Counted from the first letter of the stretch, positions 45,214 to 58,180 are shown. The stretch: 64,000 nt of DNA from Gekko japonicus (GCF_001447785.1 NW_015170304.1:438702-502701); one strand, 5' to 3'. Notes: generated by a model from the sequence alone, not told the origin. A program made the numbers and translations.

Positions 45214-48205
45214 CTACAAAGCAACAAAGAGGGATGTTAAGATTAGGAGGACCATATCCCAAGAGTACACAGATTCTGATTACCATGCAGCATTCTTATA
45301 TGTCACAACCACACCCTCTGGCCAAAGTGAAAAACCAATAATCATTAGGGAATGGTTCCAAAATTCATCAGATTTTTCCACATGGATTTTGGAGCTCCAA
45401 ATTACCTTTTTTGATTCGCAAAGAACTGAAGCCTCCCTTGTGCAGATTTTTTTTTAAAAAAATTCAAAGTTTATACAGATTACTGCTTGCTATTGTTTCA
45501 AGTCACGAGTGTCTTTGTTCCCCTCTTTGACACTGATGGGTCAGTGTGCTTTCATAAAACACTGAAAACAGGCATACTGATGCCAACATACATGATTCTT
45601 TTACTGATGCATTGGAGTATGCATGCACAAAACACAACATGAAAAGAATCTTGATGCAATCATATGTAAGATCACATCAGGATTCACCAGTGTGAATAAG
45701 TGCACAGGTAGAAAAGGGGATGGGGTGGGGATGCATATCAACAAAAAGAACTGAAAGCTACAGCAGACAGCACATGACTCCAGAATTATTTTTAGAAATT
45801 CTCTATAAGTTAAACCAATATTAAGGCAGAGCAGAAGCAGTGCAAAGAGAAATTCCAGAACATCAGAGGGTGAGAATGGTGGGAAACCCATTCATCCCTA
45901 ATAATCATGGATGTCAAATGGGAGATTTAGCTAAATAAGAACCAGTGTTTCCCAAATGACTCAGTGCTATTGCTTCTCTGTAATCAAAGTATGAGACACG
46001 GAGTGAAGAGAGGAACAAGCCACTAGGATATTTTTCTGTTTCAAAAGCCAGCAAACAACAAGTAAATCCAAACATCTTTGCATTCCATTGATACACTGTA
46101 AGTTAAGGCTACTTTGCAAAAGTTAGTGACTTAAATCTTTAAAGTGCATTAAAAGTGCAATCCACTTTTGCTGTATTTCCGATTGGCTACATATGCCCCC
46201 CCTTGTACTTGCAAATTTTCTCAGTCATGCTTGTGAAAGTTTGAGAGACTTTCCCACTAAAACACAAGGGCAGCTAGCTCTTGTTACTGAAGGCCTGAAT
46301 GTACAAATGTCCAAAAAAACCCACAGCATTGGTCTAAATCCTTTCTAAGAGACAAAGCTATAAAGCCAACAATACGTATCATGATCAGCCCATTAAGCAT
46401 TACTGATTTCTGACAGGGAATGTACACTATGTTCCCACTGGGATGCTGTCCAATGAGGCCATACTTTCTTAGGTGCCTAGGATAGTGGACATATTTTATG
46501 GTGAATACACACACAACACTACAACGCTGAGGCCTTACAAAGAATGCTGTTTACGGACTACAGCTCAACAGGGATTTGATCACCCTTATTTCAGAAACTC
46601 TAGGCAAGGTTTGGCAAATTGCAGCATCTGTGTGATCTTTGGCATAACAGGAGATCATTGTGGGATTCATTCGGACCATGCCAGCTCAGGTCAAAAGTAT
46701 TATTTGGCTTATGTATTGCAACCATAGACAGACACCCAAGCCCATTAACATAGACGAAAGAACAGAATGAGCTTAAAGTGCATCAGTTCATCTAAAACGA
46801 TCTTTGCTTGGGCCACACAATGTTAGCAATGTGTGCCTTACTAAAGTGCAACTTGATGCTCAAATACCATTTCAAACTCCCTACAATTAATACCAAGTTT
46901 CAGAGTGTTCTTTATGGAATGTGTGGAACCTCCACATGAAACAGACGTGAAGTTTGACTAAACCTTTGCTTGTGGAACTTTCACAGGCTCCCAGTGCAAG
47001 GAATGGCCAGAGGACAAAAGGAACTCTGGACACAAAGGGGCAGTGTGGCACAGGATAGCGAAAAAGCTCAGCATTCAAGCACGCTTTTGGCCCTTAGGGC
47101 TAAAGGCAGGAAAAATAACCTTGGAAGCAAGCTGAAAAGGCTCTACTAAAGGCTTAGAAATATGATCCTTGCAAGCAAGGTTTCCAGTGGTCAAAGTCTA
47201 GACATATACATTTCTACTAAATGGGACTCAATGTCACTCTCTGTACCCAGCTATCCTTATGAACCCCAAATTAAAGTGCATCTTGCCTATCACAAAGGAT
47301 GACGACATCATCCATTTTAAAGTAATTCTGACACAGTGGACCAATGTGTGGAGGGGTGTGTTGGTCACTCTGTGTAGGATCCCAACCACAAACCCAAAAT
47401 CAAATTAATCTATATATAACTAAACAAGTTTCAGTTTATTTCTGTTTTTTTGTGGGAGTAAGCCTTCCTGTGCCCCCTACTTATTGTATTTTAAAAGGCA
47501 CTGTTATAATACTGATTTATGGCCATGACGGTATCGTGAGTGACAAAATGTAGCTTTTAAGCACAGTCAGGTCATTCCCATAAAATTCTAGCCGAACACC
47601 TTAGCTTTCAATACCAACAAGCAAGCATGCTTCTTGATCTCATCATTTGCTGAGGAAAGACAGAACCTGTGTGCGGGGGTTCTGCCAAAGGATACAAAAC
47701 CACAAGAGGGTATGAATCTACCATCCATTTAAAGCAAGGAGTGAGGGATCAGTCCCACAGACATGGTCATCATTTGACCATGGAGTGATGATTTGCATGT
47801 GTGAAACAGCCACTGCAGATCAAATGACAGGACAGTGTCCAGATGACCTCCCATCCCTTCAAAGGCAAAATCCCCTTCAGTCTGCAGTTTTACCTACAGG
47901 TAATAAAGTGATATGAACTAATTCTAATTCTTCTGCAACCACTACAACACTTTAGATCCCCGCCCCCAACCAGTGCATTATTTTTTAAGCTATAAGCACA
48001 CTTTTTTTAAAAAGTAGGGGATTGAGTGTATTACTATTCCTAAATTTCTGAAGCAATTTATATTATTGATTTTTCTGCTTATCTTCAAAATTAAAGTGAA
48101 ATCCATGGTTTCCTCTAAGCAAGCAAGTGGGCAAAGCAGCAAACATCTCCATGGGCCCACAGATTGCAGTTCTGAAACAGCTGAGAGAGGCTCATCCCAG
48201 GATAC

Positions 48206-48306
48206 CTGCAACTCTGGCATTCCGAAACCTACAGTCCCCGAGGATTATTTGCAAGCTGTTGACAGGAACCCAGCCTTCCTTCTTTTGATTGAGGTTTTTT
48301 ATCAGC
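48206..48306 (-). CDS. MCF2: MCF2 SH3 domain second half (WLIKNLNQKKEGWVPVNSL)
   Basis: SH3 GWVP motif; phases 2/1 fit; acceptor preceded by (CT)n. Confidence 0.85.
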
Positions 48307-48308
48307 CT

Positions 48309-48311
<3 letters not shown>

Positions 48312-48358
<47 letters not shown>
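48312..48358 (+). repeat. (GA)n microsatellite forming the MCF2 polypyrimidine tract
   Basis: Direct reading; ends 5 nt from the exon boundary at 48306. Confidence 0.95.
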
Positions 48359-48361
<3 letters not shown>

Positions 48362-48575
48362 GAAAAGGACTGCCTTTTTTTTTTTTGAAACACACACGTT
48401 AATCACACAGTGTGAGCAACAGATCCCCCTTTACTTGGTAAGAAAAGCTGTTGCATTTTGATGGGATTCCTACAAAGAACTCAGTGTTTCTCCCTTCAAA
48501 CATTTTATTCTCACAACAAAACCCTTGTCAGGCTGAGACCCCAGCCTGAGTTCACCCAGTTAGCCTTAACTTCTA

Positions 48576-48836
48576 GATACTTGTTCCCAGGTCCATTGCC
48601 AGAAATTCTCTAACTGACACATGCTGGGAATTCCTAGATGGAACTTGATTTCCAAGTGTGCAGAACCCGAGTTTCACGTTGGGGAAATGATGGGGGTGGG
48701 GCTGAAGTCTCCTCTCCTTGTGGTCGCAGTCTGAATCAAGCCCCCACGTGCCTAGGAATAAACTCTCACCCACCTAGGAACTTCCAGCACATGTCTGCTG
48801 GGCAGTTCCTTGGGATGCACCCAGGAGTAACGTATC
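48576..48836. mobile_element. decayed foldback MITE
   Basis: GATACTTGTTCCCAGG...GACACATGCTGGGAATTCCTAGATGG pairs with CCACCTAGGAACTTCCAGCACATGTC...CCCAGGAGTAACGTATC. Confidence 0.6.
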
Positions 48837-48949
48837 ATTCTTTTCAAGCCCTGAATGGTGATTTGAACCCAAGTCTCTCCTGTTCTAGTCTGACACTTTA
48901 GCCACTATACCACACTGACTCTTGGGAGAAGTAGTTCTGGATTACATAC

Positions 48950-49062
48950 CACTGCCCCTCTCCATCTTCATGCAAGAGCTGAATCACGTCTCCATTTTTC
49001 ACCAGCAAATCCTCTGAGTCCCCCTTCTTACAGTCTGCTAAGGCCTTATATTTTCCTGGTGA
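48950..49062 (-). CDS. MCF2: MCF2 SH3 domain first half (SPGKYKALADCKKGDSEDLLVKNGDVIQLLHEDGEGQ)
   Basis: Resembles the MCF2L/Dbs SH3 (PGKYTVVAD...GDVVELVQEGDEGLW); AG/GT sites, phases 0/2. Confidence 0.88.
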
Positions 49063-49387
49063 CTGCGGGATAAAAATTGTGGGCAGGCAAATGTTAGATA
49101 AACCAATGCATTTTAAATGACTGTTTTACCAATGCCTTCAAAACTAGATAATTTGGCAGATGAATTAGAGGTTGACATTTTATTTTTGGCTTTGTTGTTG
49201 GTTTATGTTTTATTTTCCCCATATTAACAGAGTTTTCTATTATTATTATTTTTTGAAAGCTGCTCATTAGCTTTGGAAAACCAGCATTTCCTATTTTAAA
49301 TAAAATAAGTTTGGGAAGAGGGAGAGCAAAGACAGATTGAGATGACAGAGAAAATTAGGACAACGGGTAAACGATCACAGATATTAG

Positions 49388-49672
49388 AAGAGAAGAGAGA
49401 AGAGTTTGGATTTATACCATGCCCTTCACAATCCGAAGGAGTCTCCGAGTGGCTTACAATCCCTTTTCCTTCCCCTCTCCACAACAGACATCCTGTGAGG
49501 TAGGTGGGGCTGAGAGAGTTCTCTTGAGAACTGCCCTTGACAGAACAGCTCTGAAAGAACTTATGAGTGACCCAAGGTCACACTAGCAGCTGCATGTGGA
49601 GAAGTGGGGAATCACACCTGGTTCTCCCAGATTAGAATCTATGCTTTTAACCACTACACCAAACTGGCTCTC
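49388..49672 (-). mobile_element. Squam3-like SINE
   Basis: Reverse complement family copy. Confidence 0.88.
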
Positions 49673-49817
49673 ATATTAGATGCCAATGACGACCCCCACC
49701 CAACACCTATCAACTGAGACCTATTATGGGAAACATGATGGGCATAGAGAGCTGGTACAATTTTACTCAAAATAATTTGGGGGCTATACTAGGTGCACTG
49801 TACAGGATTCAACTAAC

Positions 49818-49930
49818 CAGCTGATTTCCATCTTCTTCTTCGGTATCGGAACAGGTTGAGAAGTAGTTATTGCTAGACCAGTCATCAAGACCTTCACAGA
49901 TCTCCAAAGAATGAGACATTCCTGGCCAAG
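49818..49930 (-). CDS. MCF2: MCF2 exon (SWPGMSHSLEICEGLDDWSSNNYFSTCSDTEEEDGNQL)
   Basis: Matches Dbl WSSNYF...ENEEE and Dbs SHSLE...WSS...DAEEDG; phases 1/0. Confidence 0.9.
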
Positions 49931-50946
49931 CTGCATAGAAACATGGGTGATTATAGAAATTGTTCAAGGACACTGGCATACATCCCTCTACTAAAATAAT
50001 ACCTGCCTTAAAAAAGAGAAAATGAGTCTGTAACACAACCCTCTAGAGCATGCTCACAAAAGATGACATCTGGGACATTCGTAGCCCATGCCTGTCAATT
50101 CTATCGGCCGAAAGTCCCAGGTTCTCAGAATTCTGCCCAGCTTTAACAGCTACTGAATTTTTTGAGCAAGGTTGGCTCAGCACAGCTGCCTAGTTTATTT
50201 TTGTTTGGATGTACTTCGAGGGGAAAGCTGTAACCATCAGATAAAGATGCCCTGGGATCCCTACCAGAAGTCACCAGTAGCTAGAAGGTGTGGGGTGAAA
50301 GTGGAGGACTCAAACTTGGACACTCCCCTAATCATCAGCTCTACTACAGCTTTTTCTCATCCTTTGGCAAGGTCCCAGCACATGCACTTCTACATGTGCT
50401 ATCTCCAGACAATGCAAATAGTGTTCTCCAAGGAGCCTACATTGGGAAAATGGCATGATGGGATGGGGAAGGCTGAAGATCCTCCCGCTGCATCATGAGT
50501 TCCCTTGAAATGAGTTCCCTTGAATTTGACATCTGAACTGCATCATGGTCTCAGTCCAAATCAGAAATGAGTTCCCTTGAATTTGACATCTGACTGTCAG
50601 GGTCAAAGTTGAGTTGGGGGAACCCAGACCCTTCACATTACAAATTGTAATATGTACAGCCCCCAAGCTTCTAATTGTCCACTTGCAGGAAGAGTTTTCC
50701 CCTCCTCACATAGGGGAAGGATTCAAACCTGAAAATCTCTTGTCTCCTTTGAGGGCCACCATATCCTGTCTACTTTTTCCTGTATGTCATCCCTGTCTTT
50801 TTTTTGAGTTCTCAGGAGAAGGTCAAAAATGAGAGCAGTTGACTCAGGTTATGCACAGAAGAAAGAGTTTATAAGGGGGCAACATACAGAAGTCTGAAAA
50901 TTATCTACCCAGACAAAAAAAAAAAGTAAGTTCTAAATTCACATAC

Positions 50947-51050
50947 ATCTGTTTGGCTTGTTCTGGGGAGGGGAGGCACTCTCTAAGGCCACAGGGCTGG
51001 TGCGTTCGGAATCGTTTTCTTCAGAGCTTATAGAAGCTCTTGGCTGTTTT
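50947..51050 (-). CDS. MCF2: MCF2 linker exon (KQPRASISSEENDSERTSPVALESASPPQNKPNR)
   Basis: Resembles Dbl KQQGAFISTEETELEHTS; AG/GTATGT sites, phases 2/1. Confidence 0.85.
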
Positions 51051-51220
51051 CTGAAACGAAAGAACTCACTTCAGAGCAATAGATGAAGCGAGGGGCAGGT
51101 AACATCCACAACACCCCGCTTTCTTTTGAATTCTCTTCTATGCTTCTAGGTGTGTATGCTTGCTGCTATAATATTTTAACACCGCAAGCATGTGTGCATA
51201 TGTAAGTTCATCTAACTTAC

Positions 51221-51284
51221 CCATCACTCAATGGTGGAGAGAGCTGGATTGGGTCTACGCAAGATGGCTGTTGCTGCTTCTCCA
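51221..51284 (-). CDS. MCF2: MCF2 linker exon (VEKQQQPSCVDPIQLSPPLSDG)
   Basis: TTTCAG acceptor, GTAAGT donor, phases 1/2 bridge the neighbouring exons. Confidence 0.8.
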
Positions 51285-52922
51285 CTGAAAGGATGATGCA
51301 ACTGATATTAGTAAAGAAGGTAAGAACAACCCTACTGGTTCAGACCAAGTTCTACTGAGTCCAAGATTCTGTTTCCCACAGTGGCCAACCAGATGCCCCA
51401 GAAGGTAGGCAAGAAATCAAGAAATCAAAAGCCCTTCCGTAGTATCCTCCCACCTCCACAACTGGCATTCAGAGGCAGAATGGATGTCCCATTTAGTCAT
51501 CATGGCCAATAGCCACCCACTGACCTATTCTCCATAAATCTGTCTAATTCCCTTTTCAGAAGGACATCAACACTCATCAAACACTCTGGTTAGATTTCTA
51601 ATGCTGAGCTAGGTGGGATCTTGGTTTGATCTAGCAAGGCCCTCCCTATGAGCTTTATAACAAACCCCTCTGTTGTTGGTTAACATTTACTGGATAACGT
51701 CCAACCGCTCACCAAGCCGATCAACATATGCACATCCCATCAAGCTGGCTATACATTCCTTCATAAACCTTCATCAAGCCATCACAAACCGCAAGCCTTA
51801 TCCACCCAATGGAGCAAAACAATTAATGAATCAACACAATCAATGAATGCAATTAAGCCCAACCCACTGATTTTTTTTTTGCACCATGTGGGTGAAGTGT
51901 CACCTTCTTATTGGGTGGCATACTTGACAACAATAACAGTCCCAGGCATCCGAAGGACACCAAGGCTCCTCAAGGCGTGTGTCTCTGTGTCCCCGAGAAG
52001 CCATCCTCAGTGTTTGCTCACAAAGTTAAGGTGTTTCCTCACCTTTAAGGTGATGTCTGCTGGCCAGCCAGCTACTGGCAGTTGGCCCTTTTATGGCTCA
52101 CTGTCTGATCTGCTGCGAGGTTGTACTGGATGGGGAACAATTGAATGAGTCACACTTGTGCTGTGGGGTTAGCAGCTTCCCATGGGAATTGCCTGGAACG
52201 CAGTGGAATTTAGGAGGGGCGGAAGGGTGAAGTCAGCTGAGGACATGCAGGCTTTTGTTCCTCAGACAAGGAGCCAGGACAGGAAGCAGTAGAAGGACAA
52301 GGGTGAAGAAGCCACTGCCCTCTCAGTCTGAGGCCCATACGAAGGTATATACTGTCCCCTGGTGGTGAGGACCATCCAGGCCCAGGGGGGCATCATACAA
52401 ATAATGACGTATTTGCATAAGAGCTGTCAGTGCTTGAAAGCACTGTATAGTAATTATTTAATTATAATCCTTAGAACATCACTATAAGTTAGTCTTTTGA
52501 TCATTCCAGTACTGCAGATGGGAGGCCTACTTTGAATCAGGCATTTGTAGCTCAATTTCTTAGCCATTCTGCTAAACCTCTGTCTACTGAAATGAGAATA
52601 TCTAAGAAGGAAAGCCCTCAAAAGCAGGCTGGTATTTGGAAAAGCAGAGCTCATGAAAACCAGAGGGGTGATAGCTGGGTGTTTCTGAAAGGCTTGCAAA
52701 GTCTTTTTATTGTTGTCTGCTTGGGGTTAGTTTGGCTTAGAAAACCCTGGATATATGTTGTTTTTATGGATCATTATGCACGAGATTATTTCAATAAGGT
52801 CTTACTGGTGAACCGCCACTGGCATTCGGAAAGGCAGTACAGTTTTCAGCAATGGGAATATACAGAGGATCTGCCTGCAAAGCAAAGCTTGTTAACCTCA
52901 CTCATGACTATTAAGAATGTAC

Positions 52923-53001
52923 CTTTGATAAGTTCTTGCTGCTTGAACAAAATTTTTCTGATTTCATTGAGCCATGCCATCTTCAGGTCAACTGTCTGAG
53001 C
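52923..53001 (-). CDS. MCF2: MCF2 PH domain C-terminal helix (AQTVDLKMAWLNEIRKILFKQQELIK)
   Basis: Matches Dbl ASNVDVKMTWLKEIRNILLKQQELL. Confidence 0.95.
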
Positions 53002-53259
53002 CTGAAAAAGAGAACACTGTCTGCAGTCAAGGTCCAGATAGATAGCCACGTCAGTCTTCTACGGCCAAGTAAGACAGTCTTGTGGCACAAGAAAACTTCC
53101 ACAGACTTCATCAGAGGCATGCGAGAGTCTTCCGCTGACAAGTAACAGCCACCTTGGCTGGTCACTGGGCTTATGCCTTCATAAAATTATCACGGACTGC
53201 AGCAACTGCATTTAATTAACTTTCAGCCCTGGTATATTTCACAGTAAACTGGGTGGCTT

Positions 53260-53450
53260 ACAGAATCATAGAGTTGGAAGGGACCTCCAGGATCATCTAG
53301 TCCAACCTTCTGCACAATGCAGGAAATTCACAAATACCTCCCCCTCCACACCCCCAGTGACCCCTGTTCCATGCCCAGAAAATGGCAAAAAAACCCACAG
53401 GATCCCTGTTCCAACTGGCCTGGAGAAAAATTGCTGCCTAACCCCAATTA
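53260..53450 (-). mobile_element. CR1 LINE 3' end
   Basis: AGAATCATAGAGTTGGAAGGGACC...ATCTAGTCCAACC is the reverse complement of the classic CR1 terminus. Confidence 0.8.
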
Positions 53451-55377
53451 AAATCGTAAAAGCAAGAAAGCCAGACAGAACCTCAGACAAACCTGGGGTA
53501 TCTACCTCTTTGGGAGGACCTCCCAGGTATAGAGAAAAACATAGCATTTTAGATAAACAACAAAAAGGGGGCAGCCCTTCCCACCAAAAACACAAATTCC
53601 CAGCTAAATGAGGATTGAATATGCTTAAAAACACAGCGAGAAGAGGAGAATTGGGGTTTTGTTGTTGTTTTTTTTAAAGGATGGTTGTGTGGAAGGGAAT
53701 TTAGTTAACATTTCACACCTAAGACACCCAAATTTGGTGTCAAGAAAAAAAGTGAGTTCACTAGCCTAAATTTAGCAAGCATGCATAATTTTGAAGAATT
53801 CATTCTGGGTTCAAAGGTCATGGGCTTGGGCAAGGACTTCCATCCTCAGTCACCATACATTCAGTCTCCTAGATCCACCTCATTAAAAGCTAAAAACTTG
53901 ACTTAAAAAAGAAGATTCTCAGGCTGCCAAGTTCTGTACCCATGATAGCATTCTGAGCATGTCATGCACTCTTACAGAACTGCAGCAGCCATATACATGT
54001 GCCATTCTGCTTTCATACTGTTGGATGTTCACCAGATGTGTGAGCCATATAGAGTATTCAGTGGTTAATGGGACTATATACATGCCAGATATGAAGCGGC
54101 AGGCTCAGACTGGAAGATCAACTGCTGGCTCCCTGTGCCTGTGGGGTGAGAACTGAAGGCCATTCCAGCTGCATCAGGCTTTCTTGGTACCAATCAGCTT
54201 CCTTGTTAGAATTCAAGAGATGTTGCAAGACAGCTTTTAAAGTAGGAGCCTTGTGTGCAGGGGTCAAAATAGTTCCTTTTATGGCTCTTGATTCTGGGAA
54301 TGGATGGCTGTTTTGTATGCCACCGATTTGTTTTATTAAGACTGTGAACCATTCAGTCCTACAAAATAAATAGCTGTCCATGAGCCTCTTGGCCTGAGAA
54401 GTCTACTGATGCTGGAGGACAAAACAGGTGCTACCGAGGGAAATGGAGACTAATAGGTCTGCTGATTTCCCTTAGCTTGGGCAGCTCATTGCTCAGGGCG
54501 CCCACCTAGTTCTCCCTCTGCACCCTCAGGTGTCTGGCTTTCAGCTAGTGTATTGTCTAGCTTGCTCTCTGATTGCCTGCCTCCAAGATCCCCATCTGCT
54601 CTTGGCCCAAAGGCCTGACAGTAAGGTTGTGCCACACTTTTCTCAAGCAACTTGAAATCCTTGAGCATGAAGTCAGCCACGAACATATCACACGGCTTGG
54701 GAGACAGATGAGTGATTGCTCATTAAAGTAATGAATATCCCCACAGTAACATTATTAGTTCGGTGACTGGGGTTAATTTTGTCACAGCTATGGCTTTGAT
54801 TGGGAAGTGTAAATGAATTGTGCAGAAAAGTAGCCACAGCTGAAACAGAACACACCACTGATGAATGCTACAGAGTAACCCCGATGTTCCTCAATCCTTT
54901 TCTAGCATGACTATCAATAGCAATGCAGAAATGGAAAGCAATTCGGCCTTTAAGACTTGTTCTTGCAAAGTCACCAGTCACTTTGATTTAAAAACAAAAA
55001 CCCCTACAAAAACCCCATTTTTCATTTCTAGATAAATTATGGAACTTGCTGCCACAAGACATCATGACAGCCATTAGATGCCTTTGTTTTTAAAAACAAG
55101 TGGATGTATCTGGGGATACAACTATTGATGAACATTAACAAAGGCAAGGCAAATGAGGACTCCATGATAAGAGGCAGTGCAAAACTGCATGATGTAGAGT
55201 GGGCTATGTGTGCATATACACATGCATGCCTATGCATGCATGCAAACAACCGAACATCATACACTACCTGCAAGGCATCTGACTGGGCACTGCTCAAGCC
55301 CAAAACTCAACTAAAAGGGCTTAAGACTCTGATCTGACATACCCATATGTTCCAATACAATTTAGATATCAACTAAC

Positions 55378-55470
55378 CTGCACAACATACACTTCTTCCC
55401 GTCCACTGTACCAGATCTCAAACTTCCGATGGTCTCCTTTCACATTTTCAGTGATTCCAACAGCATTCAT
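55378..55470 (-). CDS. MCF2: MCF2 PH domain exon (MNAVGITENVKGDHRKFEIWYSGREEVYVVQ)
   Basis: Matches Dbl/Dbs VGITE.VKGD..KFEIWY; 93 bp, AG/GT. Confidence 0.95.
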
Positions 55471-55937
55471 CTAACACCACAAATGCAGAAATAAAAGAAA
55501 GAAAGAATGCACAACTTTGAGTATAAACTCTCTGTACTGCAGATCATCCTTCCTCCAATTTTTTTGCACAGAATCCTGTCTGGAAAAAAGGACCCCCCTT
55601 TTGAACCAGCAGCTTCAGCCAAAACATTTTGCCTGCAGAAGGCAGCCTCGATGCATTTTCCAAACCTCTCTTTCATACCTTACCAGAGTGGCAAAGGAAA
55701 ACAGCAGCCAGGCATCTCTTGCAGTGCATGAATTAGACTTTTGTCATTTTATCTGAGCTAGTGGGGGTGGGAATGACCAAGCATGAAACACTGGCTTAAA
55801 GTTTAGTGATGGTAGAGGAGACCAATGTTCTCATAAGGACTGTGAAGAGAAGTAGAGGCAGTGCTATATTTACAAGGGGGACACAAAAGTCTTGGGCTTC
55901 TATGAGAGAGCTGCCATCAACCCTGCTTCTTGACTGT

Positions 55938-56069
55938 GGCTGCACTCACACACACTAAATAATCCACTTCCAACCCACTTCCAATCCACTTTCCAATGGG
56001 ATTTTGCCAGTTCACATGGTAAAAATCCAGTTGGAAATTGCACTGACAGTGTGCAGTGTGACTGCAGCC
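55938..56069. mobile_element. Harbinger-like MITE
   Basis: GGCTGCACTCACAC / GTGTGACTGCAGCC TIRs, internal inverted symmetry. Confidence 0.65.
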
Positions 56070-56189
56070 CATAAATGAATGGGGCTGGCTGTGGTGTCTT
56101 TTTCGTAAGGAATGAAACTATGTAATAGTTCGGGGGACTTCATTGCTCAGAAAAGGAGTATGGTTGTCGGAAGCACATGGGACCAAAGA

Positions 56190-56245
56190 CAGGTTGCTTA
56201 CCTGTAACTGGTGATCTTCGAGTGGTCATCTGTGCATTCACACCC
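56190..56245. mobile_element. possible DIRS-type retrotransposon terminal fragment
   Basis: GGTTGCTTACCTGTAACTGGTGATCTTCGAGTGGTCATCTGTGCATTCACAC resembles squamate DIRS termini (recollection only). Confidence 0.35.
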
Positions 56246-58180
56246 TTTTCTTTTGCCCATGGCACCCTTTCTTAGACAGGAGCGGCAATTCATGCCTTAG
56301 TCACAAACTCAAACTTAACTCGTAATGCCTTCTACATAGAGGTGCCTTTGAAGAGTACTCAGAAGTTACAGAACGCAGCAGTCTGGTTGTTAGCTGGGGC
56401 AGTTCTGGTGGAACATATTGTGCATGTGAGGGAAAGAACAGCCTTCAAATGGCTGATGCTAAACGCTGCAGTGTGCCTCCAGGGATTTGGGGAAGGAGAC
56501 AGAACCTCAAATCAACAAGCCCTCCTAAGAATACAAAGGCTGCATTTGTAAATAGATGCTCAATTTATCGTTTGCAGTCTTCTTGGCTAATAGAACATTC
56601 TGTATCTTCTGTGTACACACAAGAATACCTTCTGGCATTATACAAGTCAGGCTACCTGGATACTTCCTTTTCTTTTTTTGGCAGGAATATCAGCAGTGAT
56701 GCAGACTGCCTCAGGACGCAATTTGCAAATTAAGCTTCAGCAGTCCCCCCCCCCTCCATCTGCCAGGTGCTGCAGGGCAAACAAATGGCGAGAAGGCCTT
56801 CCTGCCTGCTTCCAAAGGAAACATTTTCCACTGGATGCGGAAAACCAGTTGAACTGTAGGAACCAAGCAATTTGTGTGTGTTTATCATTTTATTTAGTAA
56901 CTTTTTAATGCCAGTTCTCCAGGGAACCCGCCCAAGGTGGTGTTTAGTGCACTGTTCTCTTGGTTAAACAAATAAAAGAGCTTCCATATTTCAGTTAACT
57001 TAGAACCGAAATAATAGGTGCAAATACATGTCAATGAGATTGCAGAAGGACTGACTGAGGAGGTATTGGGGCAAGCTGGAAAGCATGAAAAGCAGCCAAT
57101 CACTGCCTTTCTTTACCACTAGAGTCCCTGACCACTGCATCTCACGCAGGAAGCTGTCAACTCAAGACTGCCTACTCTGATTGTCATGGGCAGATAAAGA
57201 ACTTCCCCAACACTTGAAGGATCCCAGCTAGCAAGTAGAGATGCTCACGACTGAAATTGGGACCTTCTGCATACGAAGATGCTCTAGCACTGGGCCCTCC
57301 CTACAGCATCATCAATATATTTAATTCTCATCATTACTATATTTAACTGTCAACACGGTCCAGCCTGCAGATATTTAAACCCATGGATCGGGACCATGTG
57401 CAGACTACAAACATTTTTCTACACACTTGGGGGAACCCCCAGTTTGCAGAAAAGCTAGACACTTGGAGGAAAATAGAGGGGGTGGTGGTGAAACCGTTTA
57501 AAATAAAGGAATGATTGTGCACTTGCACACAACACAACTGTGTTGGGGCTGCTGCTGCCTCCCTTTCTCTGAGGGGGAAAAAGGCCACCCACTGTGAGTC
57601 CAAGCGCCCAGTGTTGGCTGGGTCGAGTGCACAGGAGGCAATAATGTCAACGCTCCTCCTTCCTTCTCCACCTCAACAGACCTACATCTGAACAACCTGC
57701 AGGTTGAGCTGAAATGCTGAGCACCTTCTCAGGGACTAAGGAGGCTACAGCACCATGCTGGGCATGGGATAAAGAAGGAGGTGATGTGGAGCAGGTGAGG
57801 AGGGTTGCTTACATGCATGGGGCCTGCAGCAAGGAGGGGCAGTGGGTGGTGGAGAGGTCAGCCTGAGTATAGAGAAGGCAGTAGAAAGGCAAGGGAGAAG
57901 TAGGGACCAGTGTTGGGGGTAAGGGAGGGAGACGTGTAGAAGGGAAAAAGATGGGAGGAGGAAACAAATGCCCTCAGTGGCCATTGCTAGGCAACTACAC
58001 TTGTATTGATAGCCTTCAAGACTTGGTTTCTGTAAATGGCAGGGGGAGGGAGCCTTTCAGGAAAGACTCATTGGGGCCAGACCTGGCAGTGACCACCAGG
58101 CGACTTCCTACCCAACTTGCATGATTAATCCAGGACTGGCTTCTTGCAACTGTTCAACAGGAGACACCCTGCAAAAGTCA

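Noticed and set aside
54486-54686. 66-aa minus-strand ORF as an extra MCF2 exon
   Set aside because: It would interrupt the PH domain; no homology and no convincing splice-site pair.
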